Below, piece by piece: positions 46,822 to 57,308 of a stretch of DNA of 64,000 bases. Within the stretch, counting starts at the first letter, position 1. Each line of letters opens with the position of its first letter. Origin of the DNA: Escherichia phage FL18. The notes under the pieces were generated by a model that was not told where the DNA came from, did not search any database, and saw nothing but the letters and a program-made list of their open reading frames with translations. Position numbers and translations under genes: made by a program. The stretch lies in the sequence record PP400780; one strand, written 5' to 3'.

Positions 46822-46995
46822 ATGACGAACATCCCGACTTCTGAAAATTTCGATAAAATCCGTAAAGGCAAAGCAGAAAGAATGAGACGTTTTAAAGAGT
46901 CTTATGATAAAGCTAAAGCCGAAGGAACTATTACATACAAGCCCATTCGATTTAAAAGTTCAAATGAGCCTCTGTACGGTGTACTATGTGGATAG
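46822..46995 (+). CDS. small basic protein (57 aa)
   Basis: SD GAGGTG; below ORF-track cutoff. Confidence 0.35.
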   Translation: MTNIPTSENFDKIRKGKAERMRRFKESYDKAKAEGTITYKPIRFKSSNEPLYGVLCG

Positions 46996-47018
46996 GAACT
47001 CTTCGGAGTTCCTTTTTT
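46996..47018 (+). terminator. intrinsic terminator (aggaactc-ttcg-gagttcct + T6)
   Basis: seen in sequence. Confidence 0.6.
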
Positions 47019-47041
47019 GCTTTATAAACGGATGATAGAAT
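47018..47041 (+). promoter_or_regulatory. candidate middle promoter (TGCTTTA + 11 nt + TAGAAT) for gene 47
   Basis: seen in sequence. Confidence 0.4.
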
Positions 47042-47064
47042 GAATTAACTAATGAGGAAATAAT

Positions 47065-48084
47065 ATGAAAATTTTGCACTTAGGCGACTTCCATATCGGA
47101 GTCAAACAAGACGACCCATGGGTTCAAGATATTCAACGTGATGGTATTCGACAAGCAATTGAATACTCTAAGAAACACGGGATTAAAACTTGGATTCAGT
47201 ACGGTGATTGGTTTGACGTCCGTAAAGCAATAACACATCGTACAATGGAATTCAATCGTGAAATCGTTGATATGATTTCTAAAGCAGGCATTCACGTTCA
47301 TGTCACGATAGGAAACCATGACATGGCGTTTAAGAATACAATAACACCTAACACTGTTTCTGAATTGTTAACTCAATTTGAAAACTTTACTATTTACGAG
47401 CATCCGACTACTGTAGATTTTGACGGATGTCTGATTGATATCGTTCCATGGATGTGTGAAGAAAATACAGGTGAAATCTTAGAGCACATCAAGACTTCTT
47501 CTGCCGCATATTGTGTTGGGCACTGGGAACTGAATGGCTTTTATTTCTATAAAGGGATGAAGTCTCATGGGCTTGAACCTGATTTCTTAAAGACCTATAA
47601 ACAAGTCTGGTCTGGCCACTTCCATACAATCTCTGAAGCTGCTAACGTCAAATATATTGGGACACCATGGACCCTTACTGCAGGTGATGAGAACGACCCT
47701 CGCGGATTCTGGGTATTTGACACTGATGTTGAACGTATGGAATTTATTCCTAATGAAACAACATGGCATCGACGAATCACTTATCCATTTAAAGGCAAAA
47801 TCAATTATTCTGATTATACTAATCTAGCCGTACGTGTTATAGTATCAGAAATTGATTCAGAGTTGACTAAGTTTGAATCTGAACTTGAAAAAGTAGTTCA
47901 CTCTCTTCGTATGGTTTCTAAAGTTGATAACAGTGTTGAATCTGATGACGACCAGGAAATCGAGATTAAATCACTTCAAGATATCATTAAAGAATATATT
48001 GACGCGATTCCAGATATCTCAGACGAAGACAGAGAAGCGCTGGTCAAATATTCCAACGAACTTTATATTGAGGCGACACAATGA
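47065..48084 (+). CDS. 47: recombination endonuclease subunit gp47 (Mre11-like)
   Basis: 339 aa; phosphoesterase motifs HLGDFH, GNHD. Confidence 0.85.
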   Translation: MKILHLGDFHIGVKQDDPWVQDIQRDGIRQAIEYSKKHGIKTWIQYGDWFDVRKAITHRTMEFNREIVDMISKAGIHVHVTIGNHDMAFKNTITPNTVSELLTQFENFTIYEHPTTVDFDGCLIDIVPWMCEENTGEILEHIKTSSAAYCVGHWELNGFYFYKGMKSHGLEPDFLKTYKQVWSGHFHTISEAANVKYIGTPWTLTAGDENDPRGFWVFDTDVERMEFIPNETTWHRRITYPFKGKINYSDYTNLAVRVIVSEIDSELTKFESELEKVVHSLRMVSKVDNSVESDDDQEIEIKSLQDIIKEYIDAIPDISDEDREALVKYSNELYIEATQ

Positions 48085-48338
48085 CTTTAGATGAATTTAA
48101 TAATGCTGGTCTTGGGCTTGAAGTTGAAATAGACGTTAAAGATGATGATGGATTCGAGAACACTATCAAGTATTGGATTGAACCATTACGTGTTGAAGGC
48201 AATGAAGTTAAAGCAGTTCATGTCTGCACCGACTGGGCTATTGAATTTAGCTTTAATATAATGGACAACGATACTCCCGGCTCTATTCTTAAAATGGCTG
48301 AAGCGTGTATTGAGGATGCGTATAATGACGAAGACTGA
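48081..48338 (+). CDS. hypothetical protein
   Basis: 85 aa. Confidence 0.45.
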   Translation: MTLDEFNNAGLGLEVEIDVKDDDGFENTIKYWIEPLRVEGNEVKAVHVCTDWAIEFSFNIMDNDTPGSILKMAEACIEDAYNDED

Positions 48339-48564
48339 TTATGAAATCCATCGTCATGAATTTAGTATTGGTGACGGTTATATTGGTATCGTTGAATGGA
48401 CTGAGAATTACGAGGAATCAACTCCTCGTTTCTTTGGAACAATGTATGTTACCTGTGAGTACGCACCAGGTGTTGTTATGTATGCAGAACTAGATGAATA
48501 TTTTGCTGATAGGGATGACATGTTAAAATATGTAGAGGACTTCATTCGAAGAGAATACATATGA
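48310..48564 (+). CDS. hypothetical protein
   Basis: 84 aa. Confidence 0.45.
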   Translation: MRMRIMTKTDYEIHRHEFSIGDGYIGIVEWTENYEESTPRFFGTMYVTCEYAPGVVMYAELDEYFADRDDMLKYVEDFIRREYI

Positions 48565-50249
48565 AATCATTTAAATTAAATCGTGTTCGTTATCAAAACA
48601 TCATGTCGGTAGGTGGGAATCCTATTGATATCCAATTAGATAAAGTCCAAAAGACATTAATCACCGGTAAAAATGGCGGCGGTAAATCTACGATGTTAGA
48701 AGCCGTTACTTTCGGACTTTTCGGTAAACCATTTCGTGATGTTAAGAAAGGACAAATCATTAATAGCACGAACAAGAAAGAGCTCTTAGTTGAGCTTTGG
48801 ATGGAATTCGATGATAAAAAATACTTCATTAAACGTGGCCAAAAGCCCAATATTTTCGAAATCTCCGTTGACGGTGTTCGTCTCGATGAATCTGCCAGCA
48901 GTCGTGACTTCCAAGAAGAATTTGAACGTAGCATCGGAATGTCATACGCGTCTTTTAAACAGATCGTTGTGCTTGGGACGGCAGGGTATACCCCTTTCAT
49001 GGCTCTTAGCACCCCTGCTCGTAGAAAACTTGTCGAAGACCTTTTAGAAGTCGGCACACTCGCTGAAATGGATAAAATCAATAAGTCTCAAGTTCGCGAA
49101 CTTAATTCTCAGGGACAAGTTCTTGATGCCAAGAAAGATGGTGTTATCCAACAAATTAAGATTTATAACGAGAATATCGAACGTCAAAAGAAATTATCTG
49201 GTGATAATGTAGCGCGTCTACAGAATATGTATGACGACCTAGCCAAAGAAGCTCGTTCATTAAAAGCAGAAATCGAAGAAGCTAATGAGCGACTACTTAA
49301 TATCGTTCTTGATGAAGACCCTACTGAGGCATTCAACAAGATAGGACAAGAAGCATTCTTGATTAAATCTAAAATCGACTCATACAACAAAGTTATTAAG
49401 ATGTATCATGACGGTGGCACATGTCCTACTTGTGCATCACAATTGCACCAGGGTGACCCTATTGTCTCTAAGATTACCGATAAGCTTCATGAATGTAATC
49501 ACTCATTCGAGCAACTTACCTGTCACAGAGATAATCTGAGTGTCCTAGTTGATGAATATAGAGCTAATGTTAAGACTAAGCAGGACCTTGCATCTGATAT
49601 TCGTACCAAGAAACAAGCAATGATTGCCACTATTGATAAAGCTAAGAAAGTTAAAGCTGCAATAGAACAAGCCTCGGCGGAATTTATCGACCATGCTGAT
49701 GAGGTAGCTTTGCTTCAAAAAGAACTTGATAAAATCATTAAAACAAAATCAGATATCGTTCTTGAAAAATATCATCGTGGTATTATCACAGATATGTTAA
49801 AAGATTCTGGTATTAAAGGTGCTATCATTAAAAAATATGTGCCTCTGTTTAATAAGCAGATTAACCATTATCTTAAAATCATGGAAGCCGATTACGTGTT
49901 TTCTATTGACGAAGAATTCAATGAATCTATAAAATCACGTGGCCGTGAAGAGTTCAGTTATGCTTCATTTAGTCAAGGTGAAAAGGCACGTATCGATATC
50001 GCATTGTTGTTTACATGGCGAGATATTGCTGAAAAGGTTTCTGGTGTTAAAATCAACACTCTAATTCTTGATGAGGTTTTTGATGGTGCTGTCGATTCTG
50101 AGGCTGTTAAGGCTATAGATACCATCCTTGGTAGTTTACAAAATACTAACGTGTTCATTATCTCTCATCGAGACCATGACCCTCAACGTTATGGACAACA
50201 TCTTCAAATGAGCAAAGTTGGACGATTTACTGTGATGACTGTCTCATAA
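48561..50249 (+). CDS. 46: recombination endonuclease subunit gp46 (Rad50-like ATPase)
   Basis: 562 aa; Walker A GKNGGGKST, central coiled coil, CPTC zinc hook, C-terminal signature region. Confidence 0.85.
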   Translation: MKSFKLNRVRYQNIMSVGGNPIDIQLDKVQKTLITGKNGGGKSTMLEAVTFGLFGKPFRDVKKGQIINSTNKKELLVELWMEFDDKKYFIKRGQKPNIFEISVDGVRLDESASSRDFQEEFERSIGMSYASFKQIVVLGTAGYTPFMALSTPARRKLVEDLLEVGTLAEMDKINKSQVRELNSQGQVLDAKKDGVIQQIKIYNENIERQKKLSGDNVARLQNMYDDLAKEARSLKAEIEEANERLLNIVLDEDPTEAFNKIGQEAFLIKSKIDSYNKVIKMYHDGGTCPTCASQLHQGDPIVSKITDKLHECNHSFEQLTCHRDNLSVLVDEYRANVKTKQDLASDIRTKKQAMIATIDKAKKVKAAIEQASAEFIDHADEVALLQKELDKIIKTKSDIVLEKYHRGIITDMLKDSGIKGAIIKKYVPLFNKQINHYLKIMEADYVFSIDEEFNESIKSRGREEFSYASFSQGEKARIDIALLFTWRDIAEKVSGVKINTLILDEVFDGAVDSEAVKAIDTILGSLQNTNVFIISHRDHDPQRYGQHLQMSKVGRFTVMTVS

Positions 50250-50251
50250 AC

Positions 50252-50284
50252 GCTTTAACATGATGTGGTTATAATGACCACATC
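50252..50284 (+). promoter_or_regulatory. PeSL-like promoter (GCTTTA, TATAAT in loop of gatgtggt/accacatc)
   Basis: seen in sequence. Confidence 0.45.
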
Positions 50285-50303
50285 AAATTAAATGGAGAAC
50301 AAC

Positions 50304-50492
50304 ATGGAGTATTCAACCGGTCAACATCTTCTTGTTGTCCCTGAAATTAAAAAATATGTTTTGACCAATACGTTTTCAGGTGAAGAACATATTGTTACTG
50401 AACAAATGCTCAAATCTGCTTTTAAAGATGAGTATAATAAAATAATGTCTAATCGCAATTCCGCATGGACAGTTACCGACTTCTACGAATAA
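50304..50492 (+). CDS. hypothetical protein
   Basis: 62 aa. Confidence 0.45.
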   Translation: MEYSTGQHLLVVPEIKKYVLTNTFSGEEHIVTEQMLKSAFKDEYNKIMSNRNSAWTVTDFYE

Positions 50493-50504
50493 GAGAGAAA
50501 TAAT

Positions 50505-50921
50505 ATGTTTACTACTGTTAAAGGTTTCACTGCTGCTGATCTGAAAGTTACTTCTATCCGTACTGACGCTAACCCACATAACCATAATCGTGTTCGTAAA
50601 GCATGGGTCCTGCATTGTGATGAAGCAAGTGCTAAAAAACTCCAATCTTTGCCACAAGAAACTCGTTTTATGATTTATGGTTTTATTGATAACGATGTAT
50701 CTGATATGTGGATTCATCTGATGCGTAAGCACTATAAAGATTCTATCGAAGCAGGTGCTAAAATCGTTCTTGATAAAGACGGTTCTGAGCGTCTGGAAGA
50801 TTTCTACTGTGTTGATGCCGACGAACAACTAATTGCAGCTGGCGAAATTGTTGCTTCTAAAATTCCAGAATATATTGAATCACTGCCTGAAGCTATTAAA
50901 AAGCAGATGGTTGCTGCTTGA
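50505..50921 (+). CDS. hypothetical protein (rpbA position)
   Basis: 138 aa between 46 and 45. Confidence 0.4.
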   Translation: MFTTVKGFTAADLKVTSIRTDANPHNHNRVRKAWVLHCDEASAKKLQSLPQETRFMIYGFIDNDVSDMWIHLMRKHYKDSIEAGAKIVLDKDGSERLEDFYCVDADEQLIAAGEIVASKIPEYIESLPEAIKKQMVAA

Positions 50922-51451
50922 TAATTATGAATTTAATATATCTTATAACCTTTTATAATCGTGAGATTAAAAATGAATACCCGTGTTATTATATAGGTTC
51001 TAAAGTTTCGTGTCATTTTAATGGAAAGGATATTATTGAAGATTCTACCGGTAAAATATATACCGGTAGTGTTAATTCCTCGTATTCTCCTTTATATAAC
51101 AGATTAATAGACCAAGGCGAATATTCTGTAAAAATTTTAGGCGAAACCACATTAGACCCTAGAAGAATAGAAAGACTATTCCAACTCAATGTTAAAGCCG
51201 TTTCAAATGAAAAATATTTTAATAAGGCTTATGCTAACGAGAAGTCTAGAATATCAGCTAAAGGATATGCACCGTATAAAAATTTAAAAACAGGCAAAAT
51301 AGTAAAACTTTCTAAAAACGAAATAAACGAAGATTACGTCGGTGTTAGAAAAAATTGCAAATTGTCGGAGAATCATTTAAACGCAATTAGAGAATTTCAA
51401 AAAAACATATTGGACCAAAGAACGAAGAGAGAAAGTTTCTATTCGTTCTAA
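50918..51451 (+). CDS. GIY-YIG-like endonuclease N-terminal fragment
   Basis: IYLITF...YYIGSK; paralogous to ORF 40712. Confidence 0.45.
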   Translation: MIIMNLIYLITFYNREIKNEYPCYYIGSKVSCHFNGKDIIEDSTGKIYTGSVNSSYSPLYNRLIDQGEYSVKILGETTLDPRRIERLFQLNVKAVSNEKYFNKAYANEKSRISAKGYAPYKNLKTGKIVKLSKNEINEDYVGVRKNCKLSENHLNAIREFQKNILDQRTKRESFYSF

Positions 51452-51455
51452 AAAA

Positions 51456-51818
51456 ATGTTTAACGATAGAGATTTTGCTTTAAAATTTAAAGATATAATG
51501 AATTCTCCTAATGTTAAAGATAAAATAAAAATATCTAAAACATTGTATTGGTCTAAACCTGAAAATAGAGCAAAGGCCTCTATCGCAGCTTCGAAAAGAA
51601 ATGCAACCAAAGAATTTAAGGATAAATTCAGAAAATCTAAAGCTAGAGGTACATGGATATTTCATGAACAAAAATTAAAGGAATTGTGGATTGCTTTAGG
51701 AAAACCAAGTTATATTACATTTAGAAAACATGCAATTCAGCATGGTTTTAATGATGAATCATACCAAGGTGCTATCCGGTCTTGGACAAATTATTATGCT
51801 AATAGGAAACCTAAATGA
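51456..51818 (+). CDS. endonuclease C-terminal DNA-binding-like fragment
   Basis: basic NUMOD-like region in a different frame directly after the 50918 ORF; possible split or decaying homing endonuclease gene. Confidence 0.35.
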   Translation: MFNDRDFALKFKDIMNSPNVKDKIKISKTLYWSKPENRAKASIAASKRNATKEFKDKFRKSKARGTWIFHEQKLKELWIALGKPSYITFRKHAIQHGFNDESYQGAIRSWTNYYANRKPK

Positions 51819-52501
51819 AACTTAGCCGTGAAACCGTAAATATTCTGAAAAACTTCGCTTCTATTAACTCTGGCATTCTGCTGAGTCAAGGTAAATTTAT
51901 TATGACTCGTGCAGTTAATGGCACCACTTATGCGGAAGCAAATATCTCTGATGAAATTGATTTTGACGTAGCACTTTATGATTTGAATAGCTTCTTAAGC
52001 ATTTTGAGTCTAGTGTCTGATGATGCTGAAATTTCAATGCACACTGATGGCAATATTAAAATTGCAGATACACGTTCCACAGTTTATTGGCCTGCCGCTG
52101 ACAAGAGCACCATTGTTTTTCCTAATAAGCCAATTCAATTCCCAGTGGCTTCTGTGATTACTGAAATTAAAGCTGAAGACCTTCAACAATTGCTTCGAGT
52201 TTCACGTGGACTTCAGATTGATACAATTGCTATTACAAATAAAGATGGTAAAATTGTTATCAATGGCTATAATAAAGTTGAAGATTCCGGACTAACTCGT
52301 CCTAAGTATTCTTTGACTCTTACTGATTATGACGGTTCTAATAACTTTAACTTCGTAATCAATATGGCTAATATGAAAATCCAGCCAGGTAACTATAAAG
52401 TAATGTTGTGGGGAGCTGGTGATAAAGTTGCAGCTAAGTTTGAAAGCTCTCAAGTAAGTTATGTTATTGCGATGGAAGCCGATTCTACTCACGACTTCTA
52501 A
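51815..52501 (+). CDS. 45: sliding clamp gp45
   Basis: 228 aa, same length as T4 gp45; synteny with 44/62. Confidence 0.85.
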   Translation: MKLSRETVNILKNFASINSGILLSQGKFIMTRAVNGTTYAEANISDEIDFDVALYDLNSFLSILSLVSDDAEISMHTDGNIKIADTRSTVYWPAADKSTIVFPNKPIQFPVASVITEIKAEDLQQLLRVSRGLQIDTIAITNKDGKIVINGYNKVEDSGLTRPKYSLTLTDYDGSNNFNFVINMANMKIQPGNYKVMLWGAGDKVAAKFESSQVSYVIAMEADSTHDF

Positions 52502-52507
52502 GTCAAA

Positions 52508-52531
52508 GCTTTACGTTTATTGTGATACGAT
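52508..52531 (+). promoter_or_regulatory. candidate middle promoter (GCTTTA + 12 nt + TACGAT) for gene 44
   Basis: seen in sequence. Confidence 0.3.
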
Positions 52532-52576
52532 TATGGAGGAGAAATCCTCCAGTTTAATGATAATGAGGAAAATTAC

Positions 52577-53539
52577 ATGATTACTATCAATTCCAAAGAA
52601 CACATTCTAGAACAGAAATATCGTCCTTCTTCCATTGACGAATGTATTCTGCCTGCGTATGACCATGAAACATTCAAGTCTTTAGTATCTAAAGGAAAAC
52701 TTCCTCATATTATTTTGCACTCTCCATCTCCTGGTACCGGTAAAACAACCGTAGCAAAAGCATTATGTAATGATATCAATGCCGAAATGATGTTCGTCAA
52801 CGGTTCTGATTGTAAGATTGATTTTGTGCGTGGTCCATTAACTGCATTCGCTCGTTCAGTCTCAATGGAAGGCAAGCCTAAAGTTATTGTTATTGATGAA
52901 TTTGACCGTAGTGGCCTCGCCGAATCACAACGGCACCTTCGTACATTCATGGAAGAATTCTCTAGTAACTGTTCTATTATTATTACTGCCAACAACATCG
53001 ATGGAATTATTGAACCATTACGTAGTCGTTGTCGAGTTATCGAATTCGGACGTCCAACCGAAGAAGATAAAATCTCAATGATGAAGAAAATGATTCATCG
53101 TATGGTTGAAATCTGTAAGAACGAAAATATCGAAATCGCTGATATGAAAGTTGTTGCAGCTCTGGTTAAAAAGAACTTCCCAGACTTTCGTCGTACAATT
53201 GGTCAATTAGACCAGTACTCGTCTAAAGGTGTTCTTGATGCGGGTATTTTGTCTATCGTAACTAATGACCGTGGCACAGTCTCTGATGTTATCGAAGCAA
53301 TGAAGAACAAAGATATCAAACAGCTTCGTGCATTAGCTCCAAAATATGCCGCTGATTATTCATGGTTCATCGATAAATTAGTTTCAGAATGTTATGACCA
53401 AGTTGCGCCTGGTAAAAGTATTATTTCGCTTTACGAAATTGCAGGTGAAAATAATAAGTTTCATGGACTAGCTAGTAATATTGAATTACATGTTATGTAT
53501 ATGCTTCTTCAACTGACTTGTGAATTGACTTGGAAATAA
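52577..53539 (+). CDS. 44: clamp loader large subunit gp44 (AAA+)
   Basis: 320 aa; Walker [11 protein letters not shown], Walker B VIVIDEFD. Confidence 0.85.
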   Translation: MITINSKEHILEQKYRPSSIDECILPAYDHETFKSLVSKGKLPHIILHSPSPGTGKTTVAKALCNDINAEMMFVNGSDCKIDFVRGPLTAFARSVSMEGKPKVIVIDEFDRSGLAESQRHLRTFMEEFSSNCSIIITANNIDGIIEPLRSRCRVIEFGRPTEEDKISMMKKMIHRMVEICKNENIEIADMKVVAALVKKNFPDFRRTIGQLDQYSSKGVLDAGILSIVTNDRGTVSDVIEAMKNKDIKQLRALAPKYAADYSWFIDKLVSECYDQVAPGKSIISLYEIAGENNKFHGLASNIELHVMYMLLQLTCELTWK

Positions 53540-53540
53540 T

Positions 53541-54104
53541 ATGAACTTATTTGATGATGACGTCCAGCTTAACGAGCACCAAATTGCATGGAAGTCTAAC
53601 GACGCTGATGCGATTCAAAAATGTGCTGACATGTTTAAAGAAAAACCTGAGAATGAATTCTTTAAAATCATTAATGCTATTAATGAAAAGAAATCTATGT
53701 CAATTGCTCAGGTCGACTACTCAAAATTTATGGTTGAGAACTCATTATCCCAGTTCCCAGAATGTATGCCAGCCGTTTACATGATGAACTTAGTCGGTTC
53801 TGAATTAAGTGATGAAGCGCACTTCAACTATATGATGGCGGCAATTCCACGTGGCCGACGATTCTCTAAATGGGCTAAACTAGTCGAAGACACTTCAGAG
53901 TTACTAGTTATCAAACTGTTGATGAAACATTACACAATCAACATGAATGATGCTACCGAGTATAAGCGGCTCCTTGAAAAAAATAACAAGTTGCCAATAG
54001 TCCTTAAAGAACTGAAGGCCATGGTCACTGATGAGTTTCTCAAAGAAGTTACAAAAAATGTGAAAGAACAAAAACAATTTAAAAAATTAGCATTGGAATG
54101 GTAA
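53541..54104 (+). CDS. 62: clamp loader small subunit gp62
   Basis: 187 aa, same length as T4 gp62. Confidence 0.8.
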   Translation: MNLFDDDVQLNEHQIAWKSNDADAIQKCADMFKEKPENEFFKIINAINEKKSMSIAQVDYSKFMVENSLSQFPECMPAVYMMNLVGSELSDEAHFNYMMAAIPRGRRFSKWAKLVEDTSELLVIKLLMKHYTINMNDATEYKRLLEKNNKLPIVLKELKAMVTDEFLKEVTKNVKEQKQFKKLALEW

Positions 54105-54106
54105 AA

Positions 54107-54475
54107 ATGATCGAAATTAAATTGAAGAACCCCGAAGATTTTCTGAAAGTCAAAGAGACTCTGACCCGTATGGGCATCGCTAATAACAAGGATAAAGTTC
54201 TTTATCAGTCCTGTCATATCCTCCAAAAGCAAGGTAAATATTACATCGTCCACTTTAAAGAAATGCTGCGTATGGACGGACGTCAGGTTGATATTGATGG
54301 TGAAGACTATCAGCGACGTGATTCGATTGCTCAGTTGCTTGAAGACTGGGGCTTGATTGTTATTGAAGACTCTGCTCGTGAAGATCTGTTTGGCCTGACT
54401 AATAACTTCCGTGTTATCTCTTTTAAACAGAAAGATGACTGGACTTTGAAAGCAAAATATACAATTGGTAATTAA
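54107..54475 (+). CDS. regA: translational repressor RegA
   Basis: 122 aa; MIEIKLKNPEDFLKVKETLTRMGIANNKDKVLYQSCHILQK similar to recalled T4 RegA. Confidence 0.85.
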   Translation: MIEIKLKNPEDFLKVKETLTRMGIANNKDKVLYQSCHILQKQGKYYIVHFKEMLRMDGRQVDIDGEDYQRRDSIAQLLEDWGLIVIEDSAREDLFGLTNNFRVISFKQKDDWTLKAKYTIGN

Positions 54476-54481
54476 AGCAAT

Positions 54482-54495
54482 GGGACTTCGGTCCC
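54482..54495 (+). terminator. UUCG hairpin (gggac-ttcg-gtccc) between regA and 43
   Basis: no T-run; could be stabiliser or part of a gene 43 translational operator. Confidence 0.35.
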
Positions 54496-54556
54496 ATTTG
54501 GAGTATAATAAGTTCATCAACAAACAAAAGACAATAACTCGTCTAAAGGAAATTAA

Positions 54557-57268
54557 ATGAAAGAATTTTACTTAACGGTTGAACAGATTGGTGATTCAAT
54601 TTTTGAACGTTACATCGATTCTAATGGCCGTGAACGTACTCGTGAAGTAGAATATAAACCATCACTGTTTGCTCATTGTCCAGAAAGTCAGGCTACGAAA
54701 TATTTCGATATCTACGGTAAGCCGTGTACTCGTAAGTTGTTCGCTAATATGCGTGATGCCTCCCAATGGATTAAACGCATGGAAGATATCGGACTTGAAG
54801 CACTTGGCATGGACGATTTCAAATTGGCGTATTTGTCTGACACTTATAACTATGAAATCAAATACGACCATACAAAAATTCGTGTGGCTAACTTCGACAT
54901 CGAAGTAACATCTCCGGATGGGTTCCCTGAGCCATCACAAGCAAAACATCCGATTGATGCTATCACCCATTATGACTCAATTGACGACAGGTTCTACGTA
55001 TTTGATCTATTGAATTCTCCATATGGTAATGTAGAAGAATGGTCTATTGAAATCGCTGCTAAGCTTCAAGAACAAGGCGGTGATGAAGTTCCATCTGAAA
55101 TTATCGATAAAATCATTTATATGCCGTTCGATAACGAAAAAGAATTGTTGATGGAATATCTCAACTTCTGGCAACAGAAAACTCCTGTCATTTTGACTGG
55201 ATGGAACGTTGAGTCATTCGATATTCCATATGTGTATAACCGAATCAAGAATATTTTTGGCGAATCTACTGCGAAACGTTTATCACCGCATCGTAAAACT
55301 CGTGTTAAAGTTATCGAAAACATGTATGGTTCTCGTGAAATCATTACATTGTTCGGTATCTCTGTTCTTGATTACATTGACCTTTACAAAAAATTCTCTT
55401 TTACCAATCAACCGTCGTATTCTCTGGATTACATTTCAGAATTTGAATTGAACGTTGGTAAACTGAAATATGATGGCCCTATTTCTAAGCTTCGTGAAAG
55501 CAATCACCAACGATATATAAGCTATAACATCATCGACGTGTATCGTGTATTGCAAATTGATGCTAAGCGTCAGTTCATCAACTTGAGTTTGGACATGGGT
55601 TATTATGCTAAGATACAGATTCAATCTGTGTTTAGCCCAATTAAAACATGGGATGCTATTATTTTTAATAGCCTTAAAGAGCAGAACAAGGTGATTCCAC
55701 AAGGTCGTTCTCACCCGGTTCAACCTTATCCCGGCGCTTTTGTTAAGGAACCTATTCCAAATCGATACAAATATGTAATGAGTTTCGACCTTACATCTCT
55801 GTATCCAAGTATTATTCGCCAAGTGAATATTAGCCCGGAAACAATAGCAGGAACGTTTAAAGTAGCTCCATTGCATGATTATATTAACGCAATCGCTGAA
55901 CGTCCTTCAGATGTGTACAGTTGCTCTCCTAACGGCATGATGTATTATAAAGACCGTGATGGTGTAGTTCCAACTGAAATCACTAAGGTCTTTAATCAAC
56001 GTAAAGAACATAAAGGTTACATGCTTGCAGCTCAACGTAATGGTGAAATAATTAAAGAGGCATTGCATAATCCTAATCTTTCTGTTGACGAACCATTAGA
56101 TGTTGATTATCGTTTCGACTTCAGCGATGAGATTAAAGAAAAGATTAAAAAGTTGTCTGCTAAATCTCTTAATGAAATGTTGTTTAGAGCTCAACGTACT
56201 GAAGTTGCAGGTATGACTGCACAAATTAACCGTAAATTGCTTATCAACTCGCTTTATGGTGCACTTGGAAACGTTTGGTTCCGTTATTACGATTTGCGTA
56301 ATGCAACTGCAATCACAACATTCGGGCAAATGGCTTTACAGTGGATTGAACGTAAAGTTAATGAATATCTGAATGAAGTTTGTGGTACAGAAGGTGAAGC
56401 TTTCGTTCTATATGGTGATACAGACTCCATTTATGTATCTGCAGATAAAATTATTGATAAGGTTGGTGAATCTAAATTCCGTGATACCAACCATTGGGTA
56501 GACTTCTTAGATAAGTTTGCACGTGAACGTATGGAACCTGCTATTGATAGAGGTTTCCGTGAAATGTGCGAATACATGAACAATAAACAACACTTAATGT
56601 TCATGGACCGAGAAGCTATCGCTGGGCCTCCGCTTGGTTCTAAAGGTATTGGCGGATTTTGGACTGGTAAGAAACGTTATGCATTAAACGTGTGGGATAT
56701 GGAAGGTACTCGTTACGCTGAGCCTAAACTCAAAATCATGGGTCTAGAAACTCAGAAATCTTCGACCCCTAAAGCAGTACAGAAAGCTCTTAAAGAATGT
56801 ATTCGTCGTATGCTTCAAGAAGGTGAAGAATCATTACAAGAATATTTTAAAGAGTTTGAAAAAGAATTCCGTCAATTGAATTATATTAGCATCGCGTCGG
56901 TATCTTCTGCGAATAACATTGCTAAATATGACGTAGGTGGATTCCCTGGTCCTAAATGCCCGTTCCATATTCGTGGAATTCTGACATATAACCGAGCTAT
57001 CAAAGGTAATATCGATGCACCACAAGTTGTAGAAGGTGAAAAAGTATATGTTCTGCCTTTACGTGAAGGAAACCCATTCGGTGATAAATGTATCGCATGG
57101 CCTTCTGGTACTGAAATCACAGATTTAATTAAAGACGATGTACTTCATTGGATGGACTACACTGTTCTCCTTGAGAAGACATTTATTAAACCACTTGAAG
57201 GATTCACATCAGCAGCGAAACTCGATTATGAGAAGAAAGCATCTCTGTTCGATATGTTCGATTTTTGA
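54557..57268 (+). CDS. 43: DNA polymerase gp43 (family B)
   Basis: 903 aa; exonuclease FDIE, polymerase YGDTDS and KxxxNSxYG motifs; length and N-terminus as recalled for RB69 gp43. Confidence 0.95.
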   Translation: MKEFYLTVEQIGDSIFERYIDSNGRERTREVEYKPSLFAHCPESQATKYFDIYGKPCTRKLFANMRDASQWIKRMEDIGLEALGMDDFKLAYLSDTYNYEIKYDHTKIRVANFDIEVTSPDGFPEPSQAKHPIDAITHYDSIDDRFYVFDLLNSPYGNVEEWSIEIAAKLQEQGGDEVPSEIIDKIIYMPFDNEKELLMEYLNFWQQKTPVILTGWNVESFDIPYVYNRIKNIFGESTAKRLSPHRKTRVKVIENMYGSREIITLFGISVLDYIDLYKKFSFTNQPSYSLDYISEFELNVGKLKYDGPISKLRESNHQRYISYNIIDVYRVLQIDAKRQFINLSLDMGYYAKIQIQSVFSPIKTWDAIIFNSLKEQNKVIPQGRSHPVQPYPGAFVKEPIPNRYKYVMSFDLTSLYPSIIRQVNISPETIAGTFKVAPLHDYINAIAERPSDVYSCSPNGMMYYKDRDGVVPTEITKVFNQRKEHKGYMLAAQRNGEIIKEALHNPNLSVDEPLDVDYRFDFSDEIKEKIKKLSAKSLNEMLFRAQRTEVAGMTAQINRKLLINSLYGALGNVWFRYYDLRNATAITTFGQMALQWIERKVNEYLNEVCGTEGEAFVLYGDTDSIYVSADKIIDKVGESKFRDTNHWVDFLDKFARERMEPAIDRGFREMCEYMNNKQHLMFMDREAIAGPPLGSKGIGGFWTGKKRYALNVWDMEGTRYAEPKLKIMGLETQKSSTPKAVQKALKECIRRMLQEGEESLQEYFKEFEKEFRQLNYISIASVSSANNIAKYDVGGFPGPKCPFHIRGILTYNRAIKGNIDAPQVVEGEKVYVLPLREGNPFGDKCIAWPSGTEITDLIKDDVLHWMDYTVLLEKTFIKPLEGFTSAAKLDYEKKASLFDMFDF

Positions 57269-57308
57269 TATAATGTCATGGACGGTAAACTAATTAAATG
57301 AGAGAAAT

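Noticed and set aside
48593-49081. Antisense and alternative-frame ORFs inside large genes (e.g. 323-511, 3885-4067, 4141-4395, 48593-49081, 53930-54523, 55436-55876)
   Set aside because: Fully embedded in well-supported genes on the other strand or frame, no ribosome-binding sites; typical spurious ORFs in AT-rich DNA
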